In this document: positions 1 to 12,300 of the stretch, piece by piece | How the letters are laid out: each line of letters opens with the position of its first letter | How positions within the stretch are numbered: the stretch's first letter is position 1 | Assembly (NCBI GenBank): GCA_002633005.1 | Contig: NMRA01000051.1 | Location: 973,177-1,037,176, forward strand | Source of the DNA: Phoronis australis | Taxonomy: Eukaryota; Animalia; Phoronida | Length of the DNA stretch: 64,000 nucleotides | Reading direction: 5' to 3' | The notes under the pieces: model-generated | The model's input: the letters and a program-made list of their open reading frames with translations, nothing else | What the model was told of the DNA's origin: nothing | Databases searched by the model: none | Program-made: the position numbers and the translations under genes

Positions 1-280
1 TCCTGGTGGTTAACTGGGTTATCTGAGAAAAAAATTATGTTTGGTTAGCTGCTAGTTGGCTTCCTGTGATAATGCTGTGATGTTATAGTTGTGATGTCAT
101 GGAGTTTTGATGTCATGGTTATGATGTCATAGAATCTTGATGTCATAGAGTCATGATATCATGAAGCTGTCTTGCTTTGTCTTGTTTTTTGCTGCTGCAG
201 CACTCACTGGACTGGCAGCACTGTCCATTGTATTGACTGTTATGTTGTATTGTTTTCTATTGTGTTTCTATTACCTTTAG

Positions 281-349
281 GAAGTGGATACCAAAAGCAC
301 ATCGAATAATGAGAATGATGCAGACAACATAAATGAACAATACCTAAAG
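281..349 (+). CDS. PLCE1: PLC-epsilon exon, start of FERM F2 ([23 protein letters not shown])
   Basis: Acceptor ttacctttag, donor AAG|gtaaga, 69 nt, phase 0/0. Joined to 25082 it gives INEQYLK|[12 protein letters not shown], which fits the first helix of FERM F2. Confidence 0.75.
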
Positions 350-3300
350 GTAAGACTGTTGGGATACATATGTAGAGACCCTGGTTTTCTGTTTTCAGAG
401 CAATCCGTTTTAGCAAACTTAAAATTAATTTTTTTCCTTAAATGATCGGTTTTACTGTTTAAAAGTGATAGACAACTTAAAAATGATTTGGGAATTGTTT
501 TACTTTTCTGCAGAATTATGCCACTGCTACATTTTATAGATAACTTGCTGCTTTCCATGTTAATTGTTTCTCAAAGCCGGAAAATGAACAACGCCACCTT
601 CAGGAAGAATGGACAATCTGAACATTTCTGCTGCAAAACAATTTTTTACCAATTTGTGGCCAGAATGTTCGAATTTTATGGATTTTATTCTTAATTCTTA
701 ATAAAAAAAACAAAAACTTTTAAAATTATGGTGTTTACAACTGAAATATGGAAATTTTGTGCGTAATCACAAATTCTGTGAAAGAAGTCAGATTCCGCAA
801 ATTCCGTCCGTTTCTGTTATTACAGGAAACCATTGTCTTTACATATGTTATGAATAGAGAAATATGAAACACTTTAAACATATCGAAACAATATAAATTA
901 AAGTAAAACAAAACAAATATTGTCTAATATGTCAGTCTAATGTTTTATCCACTTTGTGTCGAGGTACCTCAATGCAAGCACAATGTCCCTCGCAGCATGA
1001 AATTGTTTTTAATCTACCTTAGTATTCTGACTTTTCTGGGCTGTTGACCTTAAGTTACTTAAGGGTATGTTTGACCCTCGAAAATGTCCAAATTTGGCAA
1101 ATTTCAAACCTTCTTTATCTCGGAAATGACTGATTGTATTAATATGAAATCGTTGAAAAATATATATTTTGTGATTTCTATGAATAAACTCAAAAGTTGC
1201 ATCAACGGAAACGAAGGGACGATTTAGAAAGTTGTAACGAGCATTGTTTTTGAAATTTAATCTTGAACAATTACATCAAGCCAAATTTGGTCATGTTTTT
1301 TATACCTTTGCATGGGATGTACCTGTTTCTTTTTAGCTATATTTTTCTAAAAAGACATGGTCATGTGACTCAATCAATAACATATTGGTATGAATTCAAT
1401 TATCAAATTTTACATGTTTCTTACTTTCAAGAAAATGCATACCTGTTTGCCGAGTTAAAATCTGTAGTTTTCTCGATAGATATTTGTCTAAATGCCCAGA
1501 CTAGTCGATAAGTTTCTACTATCCTTAAACTAGTTGTTTGGTGTTCAGAATGTGTTTAGATGCAGAGACTGGCGTTTCCATGTAAGAGCCAATTACTGAA
1601 CTAATTTTCAGCACAATTTTTGGATGTTAGCTTTTTCACAGTGTGAATATTTGGCCACTGCTGATGTTTGTGTCACATATTTTGTATAACACGGATCTCT
1701 CCCAAGGTCAAAGTTTATTGAGCTTAAATATGCATAATCTCAATAAATTTTGAATATGCAAATGAAGAACTTGTTTACAAACAACCCCAGACCCTCCAGT
1801 GTGTCGAAAACCATCCAAGAACCAGTTACCATATCTCACAAAAGAGTCGTTTTGTAAGACTATTTTTATGTAAACGAGTATGGTTAATATTTCATCAGGG
1901 GGACAAACAACTGAGGCCACCGAAAACTGACTCGAGGTCTAGCTAATAAGCTAACACTCCTCACAATGACCACAACGAAAGCATTCGTTCTGTAATTTCA
2001 TTTTGCCGTCACTTTGTTCAATATTTGACATCATGCCATTTTGCTTCTAGTTGTGCATTTCTTAGGACGACAAAGGACTCCCTGGGAAACCCCCACAGCA
2101 TGAAACAAGGCACAGTTTTTATTATTTGTTTATTTCACTATAAAATAACAGTTACTTTATTAATAATGGGAATTACTAGCCTAAGGGTTTTTTATAGGTT
2201 CACACTTATTTTTAAGTGTATCGGTTGTAGTTAAGGATACACACAGTTCTCCAGGGAGTTACTTGGCGCTTGCTACAAACTTAAATATACAGGGTTTTAA
2301 TGAGACATAGCATCTTTAAGTCCTTGTTTTCAAAAGGAGCTATGTATTACCCAAAGTCACAGGAAAACCACCCAAGATTGTTCATTGACACCTAACACAA
2401 TAGATCTGGAACTAAGCTTGGCTCTTGTTTATTTTGAGCCACCCTAGAAAAATGTCCAATTTTGGACCAATTCAGGACATCATATCTCAGAAGTGGCTGT
2501 CTGGATTCACATGAAATTTTAAGATACTATGGTTTGTGCACTGCTCTACAAAACTGTGTTACATATGTATGACTCGTATGGTTTTTATGAAAAAATAAAG
2601 TTGCATAAATTGAAAGCAAAACAATTATTTAGAAAACTATAATAATTTTTCTGAGATTTTATCTTGAACGTTTAATGTGAAATTGGGTCATGTTATCGAT
2701 CCTGTTGTTTTGCTATGTCAGAATATACCTAATTCTTTTCGCTACATTTTCCTATAAAACTATGGTCACATGACTTTCATTAATGGCAAATTGGTCAATA
2801 GTGTCAAAAATTATATTCTACGGGATTTCTACTCACAGAAAATGTATACTTTTACCGAGTTAAATTCTAGATTCTTGTACACATTTGGCTAAATGTACAG
2901 ACATGTCTATACTGTACTACATGGCCTTAATGTGACATTTCCTCCTAATTAAAAATGGTTGACAGGTAATTTGTTACAACTGAACTGTCGCTTTACATAA
3001 GATTGAGATTGCAAGTGTCATCTTTCTGCTATAATTTTGTTCATGTGCCATATTCTCAATCTGCTAGTCTCACTAACTTAAAAAAATTAGAAATGCTTGT
3101 CCAATGAAATTAGTGCCTGATACTATTTCGAAAGCAATTGCATATTTCATTTTTTTTTCATCAAGGTGCCTTGTCTCTAGACTTCAAAAGTCATATATCA
3201 TCGATTAATCTGATTGTGAACATATCCTGTCGTATGTTGCTCAGGGTGCTTTAAAAAGGATCTGCTCGCTTGACACTATGGCAGCATGTTATAGACATGA

Positions 3301-6300
3301 CTTGAAAGAAGGCATACTGAGTTGTCATCACTTAGTGCCTTATGTCATTGATGCTTTTCTGTAAGATATGCAACCTAAGGTTACCTGAATGACAATTCAG
3401 TCATTGCTTAACAGTGATTAATTGTTTACCAGGTAACGTGTAGATAAGATGGCATGACGACTAATAATTAAATGGGGCACTAACCTATGTACATAATGTT
3501 TAGGGTCAGACTTTCTATTCAGGATGAGCCGTCTATGTAAACGGTGTCTCCTCAAGATACACCTGTTAGATAGTTGAGGCACCTGGTTACAAGCGAACTC
3601 ACAAAATGGGTGGCTAGGGACAGGCTCCAGGTTACAGCTTGTGGATTGCTGTGTGTGCTTTTTTACTTTGTCTCCAATTGATTACAGATATATCACAGTA
3701 GATGGAGGTAGGTTTAAATCACTAGTTCATTCTGTGATCTGAGGGGGTATTCTAATGTATTCACTCTGAGATGTACATTGAGTAATCTGACCTAACTCTA
3801 AGACTAGTCAGTAGGTTCTGTGATTAAAGTAACTGCTAGTTCAGATAATGTTTTTTCTGTAGATGAAAGGTAATCATCCTCAGCTTTCGTATTGGTCATA
3901 TATTATAATTGTGGTCAACTTAGTCGGTCAGTCCATAATCCGCGTCCAGCTCTAGTGCATCTCCAAAACCCCTGGGTGAATGTTTGTGAAACTTTATTGA
4001 CATGATGTCAACAGTATCCAAATATTCGGACATATTTGACTGCATTCTTGGAGAATCGATTTTGAATTATTTGGATATTTAGATTTCCCTCGACTGCCTA
4101 CCAACATGTGTCACTTCAAGGCTTTTAAATCCCGTTCATTGTCCTAAGTTTGCTGCAAATTATATTGAAGTTAAATTGATTGTTCCAAAAAATTGTTTTA
4201 ATAATTCAGAAAACATGATCTATCTTTAACAAGTTAGTCATTCTCTGTTTTGAAATTGAAGTTTTAGAGTACCGTATTCACCTTAATAAGCGCTCATGAC
4301 CCTATTAGCGCCTCCTCGCATTTTCAGACTTTACTAAAATAAACGCCTAGCCCATGAACTTGTACAGGTGAAAAATGCCTTTCCTACACGACTCTAAAAT
4401 TCTACAGTCACGTCTTCAACTTACCAATAAGATCTGACAGTCCTGAAAAATTCACTGTGCATGGAATTTGATAATTATACTTTTATTGTAGTCATCCGTT
4501 TGTTATGCTCAGTCAAAAAGCACGGCAAGCAATCAGTTAATTTCAAATTAACTTATACCTTGATAATATTCATTTCTTAAATGAAAACTTCATGAAATTA
4601 AATGGGTTACTCTTCTTTGTTAATACTTATAAATTTTATGAAGCCAAAATAAACCCTGAGTTTGAAATATGCAAACATGTATATCTAATTGAGGCCATGT
4701 GCTGTGGAGGAAAGTCACAGGCCATATTTCATTGTTGGTTTACTGTGTATGTAAACATATGTCTTCTCTGTCTCTTCTATCCATCAACAAGTCTGTGAAC
4801 TTGTGTAATTACCAGCACCTACGCAGCCCCCTCTTTGGCCAACTGACGTGACCACGTTTCTTGGAATTGCCTCAATATTTGTGATGTCAACATTATGTAG
4901 CAAGATTTTGCATTCCAACATTTCCGGCTAAACGGATGTTATTAGAAAATTGTAGCTTTTGATGGATGATGAAGGGTTCTGAAGTCCTGCAAATTGCCTG
5001 TTAAATTGAAAATCGTTGTCTTTTCTTGCATTTTGTTTGAGAGCTGTGCCTAGTTGGAGTTGGTCAGGCCAGATGCATCAGGCTGGTGTGTAATTGTGTA
5101 CATTCCTCATGAGTAAATTAGTCCTGGAATGAGTTTTATGACCTGATGGCATCCTCTGTTAATGCATTGCTGTTTCCTGGAGAAACATGTTGCAAGATTT
5201 CTATGCACAAATATTAGTGTTTTATTTGCCTGATAATTGGTAACCAGATCACAACATTGGTTGCTGGTGGTGGCACTTTGCAAAGCCTCATTTTATCTCA
5301 CTTCAGTATTTAAATTTGATATCCAGTGGATTTTCAGTGTCCTCAACTCCACCGTTGGTGAAAGAGCCGTGGTGCATTCAAACCCAGAACACTTCAGTTA
5401 TCGTAGTGTCAGGGGTAACAGGAATCAAACTGTGAGAAAAACCACCTAGTGGTTTTATATAATTTGAACTGGCTGTTTTCTTGTTGTATTTTTCAACATC
5501 CACCGACCTGGACAATATTTGCACCGAGTGACACCCTCGACTGTTGTTTCCTAAGTGACTGATAGTCTGAAGCAGATCTGACTAGTTGTGACCACAGTCA
5601 AACTGGGACACATTTTAATGTACCATTGATGGCTTATTGATTTGGTGGATGACCTTTGACTATAACTTTCAACTGTGTGGTTACATTTTTCTGCTGTTTC
5701 TGTTTTAGAATTTTATGTCCATAGCAACAGGAGAAATGGAAATTTATTTAGTTGATAATACAGAAATACTCCAGCATGGGTGCCGACTTTAATGTCAGTG
5801 GTTTGTCTAATTGTCTAATTGTTAATTGCTGTTGTCTAGACCACTAGGGGGCCTTTGTTTTTCTTAATTGTCGCCACCATTTGCAATTGGAGCCAGCCAT
5901 TCAGCTTCTGTAGCCTTTGCTTCCTGGAATGCATCCTACATTATTCAGCAGGCTGTAAATCACCAATTGGGTCTGTGTGGGCAATTGACTCAGTTGGCAG
6001 TGGAGTTTATCTGTTTGGGTATTCTTGAATTCTTTGTTATCTTCTGCCTCACATTTGATTGAGTGGTACTGGTTTGGTGGTTTGTTGTCAGAGTTTTTCT
6101 TGTTGGGTCATATCTCTTCTTCGGTGGTTGGGTTTCCTCAGCTGTTCTTATGACATGTGTTTTGGTTGTGTTAAGACTACCAACTTGTAAATAGAATTTG
6201 TAATGTGACATCTCCTGGTTGGTTTTTAATTAATACTGTTTGTTTTGATTGGTGCAAATTTAAATTAGCCACCAGTTGTTGAAAGGGTTGTTATTGGCTT

Positions 6301-9300
6301 CAGGGAGCTGGTATGTGGTAGGCGTTATGGTAATGGATTCTTATTTTGACATTTTAGTACATTTCAGTTTTATTATTTTCTGATTTTCACCAGGAAACAG
6401 TATTTTGCCTGTGTGTTACACAGACCTCCATGTGTTTTCAGTAATGCGCTTGTTGTGATTCAGTTTTTGCCTCCAGGACTAACGGGATTATTTTAGCTGT
6501 CAGTTAAAGATTGTTGCCCTAGGCTGGTTGGTTCACCATGTGTTTGAGTGTATGCGTGGAATTGTAAACGGGAATGATTTCCCAGACATCCAGAGAGAAG
6601 CATTCAGAGCAGTTGGGGCGCAGGATACTTAGTCTCCGATTGGAATTGTGCAAGTTGGAACAGCGGATCAGGGCAATGCTTGTAAAGACTCACAGCCGTG
6701 GAAAATCCGTTCTGCAACGGAACTTGAGCTTTGAGACTCCTGACAAAATCTGGTGGCGCGTGACGATTCGCGTGCATCAGAAAGTCATCTTGGAACAATT
6801 TCCTTATTTTGGATTAATCGAAAAGTGCAATTTGAAACTCGGATACTTAAAGGATACTATTTGTAGATTTGGGGTAAGTGTATTTTTGACACTTCATTTT
6901 CCAAGTGGTTTGTAGATTGACAAGGCAGATGCTGTTAAGCACAATTATTCTATGTTGTTGTGTGTTTTGGTGCAGTCAGATGTCATCTTTTTCAATTTTA
7001 ACAATCTATGTGGGATTGAAGTGCCTCCACCCATGTATGGGTTTTGTTTCTAAAAGAACTTTGAGCCAGTTGCCTATTTTTTCGGCAGATGCAGGCCTGG
7101 TGGCAATGGTTGCTTTTGACAGAATTAACAACTAGCAACCATCTTTATGAAAAGATGAATTGTGAGCCAGCGGTTCGAGAGCAACGGTCTCATTGTTTAG
7201 TGTGTGTATTTTCCCAGAAGCGAATAATACTGGTAAAAAACTGGCAGGATGAAAAGAGGATGATGATATTCAGTCCAACATGACATTCCACCTCCTGTTA
7301 GTAATAATTAATATTAACCACTTCAATTTAACTTATCACAGATGACAGACATTGGACAAGCTTCACAAATATGCATCCTGTAGATAACAGGGCTTACCAC
7401 CTGGTAGGCCAGAAATATTTAGGAAATTGTCAATTTCCACTGTAATTGAATAAGGCATATATATATATTAGGCTGGTTTTGCTGTAACATCGTTTGTAGA
7501 TTTGTTAAGCATATCTTCTAGAAGTTATTGGAACTCAAAGACTTCCTCAGTAGTCAATTAGAGTTTGGTCAATGAAACGATGCAGTGGAATTTTGTCAAA
7601 TTTCCAAAGTAACTATTAGGTGATTGACAAAACTGGCTAGTTTGCAGTGTTTTTTAGATTTTCCGTAATAATCACATCCTCACAAAATGATGGGACTCAC
7701 AGACGTAGTAGATAAGAATCTTGTCAATGAAACTTTTATGGAGGAAAGTTAATGTTAAAACTAGATTAGATTTTCTGAGTTATCTTTACTCCTAGGGGTA
7801 ATCACGTTATTGCAACCGTATTGAAAATTATTGTTTAATGTTTGGATTATCGGAATTGTTTGCCTGAACACAGAAATACTTTTAGTGAGATGAGATTCTC
7901 TATGTTTAAGTGTTTTTCCAGTTATGTGAAGCTTGGGGCATATCTTAACTTTTATACCAGTACTGGTCAAATGACCCAACCTAACATAAAGTTCATTTTC
8001 ACAGTCATCACAAACTTTTATTTCAATGTTTTGTTAAATCTAATGATATTTAACTGATATGTAGGCCACATAAGCCAATTTTTGCTATTTAACAGACAGA
8101 CCCAACTATGATCTCGTGGATATTTTGCCACGGCTTGATGGCCAAATAATCAGATATTTGCAGTTCACCTTACAAACTTTCAACGATCTTAATATTTAAT
8201 TATTAATATTATGTGCCAATTTTTTTGACAAATAATTAGATTTTTGCTATTTAACTGACAAAGACATCAGCTCTTAATTGTTGATCCAGACAGGGGTGAG
8301 GTAACATGGGCAGCGCACCATAGAGGGCTGGGGAACTATCATCACGGGTGAGGTAAATGTCATGGAATTTTTTTGTGATTGGACACAAAATTTAGCTAGG
8401 GGATTAAAAAATGTTTGAATGAGCATAGATTTGGCTAGGCAGGGATATACTTAACCACTCGCCCAGTTGCCAATGCGAGTAAAAATGATGCTGGACGAGT
8501 AGAAGTTGACTTGCCGGTCGCCCAGGTAGCGAGCGAATTTTCAGAGCGCAAAAACACTATATCGTTTCCCAGATGAACATGAATAAATTTTCTCCTCCTT
8601 GTGCTGTTTTTCTCCTGAATTTAAGGCTCAGTTTAGTCAGCGTGTCGATGCTCCGGCTGTAAAAAACATCAAGGCAGTGCGATCCTACCAATTCAGTAGA
8701 TGGCACCCGTTATGCGATTTGTCTAGACAAAAGAACACAGTGTGTGGTCGTGCACAAAGGAATTTGTGGACTAGTCCGAAACGACGAAAAGGTGGGAAAG
8801 GCGGAAGACCAGTCCATGTGCTCACAGCAAGTGAAATATCATATTGCTTGGAACTGATTTCTTATTCTAATGTATAATGCAAAGTCGTTTTAGCCAAAAT
8901 TTTTTGTTCTAATAAGCGCCCATGCCGATATAAGCGACCCCCTGCACTCGTTTTCAGACTTCGCTAAAATAAGAGTCCAGTCCATGAACGTGTACATATG
9001 CGAAAAATGCCTTACCTACAGTTCTAAAATACTACTAAACAGTAAATTGTCTTCAATTTATCAATAATATCTGGCAGTCCTGAAAAATCATTGTGCGTGG
9101 AATTTCTAGACCACGAGCCTTGCCGCTATGGCGGTATTTAACCGTGGCTCCACACTTCAAAAATAACGCAAAAGTTCTGCTGATCTTGCGAGGAACGTGT
9201 CCTACTATGGCCAGGTCTTTCAGAACAGACGCAGCGTACTTGTGAACCGGATTGCATTGTATCTTTCCTGTTCAGCTCATCTCCCTCAATAGAAATGCAG

Positions 9301-12300
9301 ATTACTTTTTGTACACGTAAAAACCGCAATCGAAACTTGACCAGTCTTAATGAGCACGTGGCCAAGAATCGCGCGCTGTGGCCAACTTATATGTTAGTAT
9401 GTGGGTCTGCTACTGACTCTGGCAAATGAAATCTGATGACACGCACCCGCTTGCTCACTCGGCGCACTCCTGCAGACTGACTTCAAAACAAACGTCACGT
9501 GACAACAACATTTTCGCTTGTTGCGGGGTGCAATCTAGCCCAGATTTGGACTGCGGTTTATCCCGACTCTACAGGAACTTAAAAATCTTAAGTACGCTAT
9601 CTGGAAAACTTAAAGGAGAATGCCACCCGATTTAATTAGTCTTTTTTACCGTCTTTATTGGTCTATATCCACATCACCTCGTTTACGGTAGATCTCACCT
9701 CGCCGAGAGATGTCGCGTTAACCTGTGAGGAAGGTGAGAAACGACTCAGCGACGTCAGTGGTTCTTCTGCAGAGTGAGTGCCGCTATGAAGTGGTGTATT
9801 GTTCCCGCTTGTGTGAACTATGAAGCTACGAGGAAAGCTGGTATATCGTTTTTTTTTTTCGATTTCTTCGAGAGCACACAATGCTTCGGAAGTGGTTCGC
9901 GGTAGTGAAGAATAAAAAGTATGCCCTAATACCAATTAAGTATGAGGCCGTGAAACTTTTCTGTGTCTGTGGCAGGCATTTCGTCTACATGGATTTCACG
10001 GACGATCGAATGCCGGCTTACCAAACAGCTCATGCCGGGGCAGAAAAGGAAACTGATTATGAAGTCAGATGTTGTGCCTAGTGTGTTTGGGTTCTGTAGG
10101 CAGGAGACAAAACAACGCGGATCAGTTGTTGCTCAGTTTTTGATTATGGAGAATTGTAGCTGGCCATGGAAACATAAACAATTACAATTAATTCAAGGCG
10201 TGAGAACATATCGTTTTATATAACCTGTTTGAAGACTTACTCGTTCGTCAGGCTTCTGTTTGGACCTCTGGGTGTATGATGTTTTCGCCAGTTCTTTTTC
10301 CCAAAAACGTCGTAAGCAGGATAATCTGTTTAGATGCGGTGCAAAATCAGGATGGTCCGTGAGACACATCTACGCTTCTCCTAGAAGGCGTTTCACTTGC
10401 AGAATTTCGTGGCAGCAAACGCAAGCGTCAGTTGTTTCCATTATGGTGTAGTTAGCACACTGACACCGTGACAAATCATTCAAATGATTTTCGGAACTAT
10501 CCATATGTTCCATTGTCTGTGCACGTTCACGGCGCCTCTCTTGTATTTCTTGATCAGTGAATTCCGGTTCGAACTGATAGCTTATGAAACCTAACGATCG
10601 ACTTGTGAAGCCTTCGTCGGATGAGCACTTGTCTACGTCAGGATTGTGAGTGGCCACGGCTGACGGTTATTATTGTGCGCTATGTTTCAAAATGAATTAT
10701 TCTTACCCTAAGCAATGTTTATGTAAAACTGAAACAAAGATGCAATAAACTAATTGACCGGGCACCTTCATACCGTGAATAATACACTTACAGGGAAGTC
10801 CTGGGCAGCTTGTACCAGGATCAAAGAGAGCGCGGTGCCAGAATCAGGTACAGTTGTGATGACTGCATTGCCCGATGCAAGCAAGACCCAATTAAATGTA
10901 ATTATCCTACCATAAACTGTATTAAACATCTCCGACTGTACATAATGGCAAATTTTCAAAATGCATTATCCACTAGTTTCGTTATAAACGGCAGTATTCA
11001 GCTGGAAAAAAAACAACCAAGTATGGTTCTTGATTTTTAAAAATCGATGAACTAATATCTAAAATCTACAACCATTGGGTACGATTGAAGATACACTACC
11101 GCGTGTATTGATATACTCGGTGGATATACAAACGCTGATCAGAGTTAACAATATCACATGGATTCACTTTTTAATATTCTTTCAATCTCTTTTAACCAGA
11201 TTTTGACCAGGAAACAGTTGTTGTGCCCACTTTTCATTTTTTATTATTGACAAAGAGCTAGAATAATTATATTAGTCAGTGCCACCAAAATTGTCCAGAG
11301 ATTCCAAATCTTCAGTTTGGTTATCACCATATTTGCACTTTTGTATATATTTTATGATTTGAGTTCTAATAAAGATTAAAGTTTAATGACACGTGAAATG
11401 TTTAGTGTACCTGTAATGAGGTAAGTTTAGGGATGGGCTCACAATGAACTTAACTAATTAAGTTGAGCTGTCAATCAAAATCTACCACTGTTTTGGTACT
11501 TCAAGTTTAAAACTTAGATAAAAATTTAACCCGATCCCAGTAAGAAAAAAAACAAGTGGGCAGAAGCATTAAAAATTAAATAAAGGAAACCAATATGAAA
11601 CTTATTGTTCCTTTGGGAAGTAGCCCTTTGTGAAGATAAACACAAGTTAACCTTTTTAGTCATTTTGTAATGTTTATAATATACCAAGTTAAAACTACTC
11701 TCCAGAGTTGCAGGCTTAATAACTCTGCAAATGTCTAGAGAAAATCAAAATGTGGATACTAACAACAACCATTGTTGAGACAGTAATGCTAGCAATTACC
11801 TTTCCACTTCATTAGCTCATATCTACATCAATACAAAGGGTGTGCTGAATAGGCATGGTAAAAGCTGTCAGAGCCCTCACCAGTGTAAGCCAGAAATTCT
11901 CCACATGTTGGCAGTGTGAGCGCATGCTAATTCAGTGTTTGCTGACAGAAAGCTATTGTGAAACAATATCTGGATTGTATATCCTATAATGGTAAGATGT
12001 GGGGGGAATCTTTATTTAGATATTCTTATACATTATTCGAATCATTCTTACTGTGCAACTTTTGCGACGGTTTTGCTGTGGAAGAGTAACCTGACTTCGC
12101 GACCCCCGACGTCTCAGCTAGCAAGTAGATTTGCAGTTTTGCGACTAATTCACCAAAATAATCACGTGCACATTATTTCTTTGGCTCACTCGTATAGTCT
12201 TTTAGTGACTGGAAGTTTAGTTTTTTTAACTTTGGCTAGTTTATGTTCTTGATGTCTTCAGGCCAGCCGTGATCGGGTTCTGAGCCACTGGCTGGGATAA

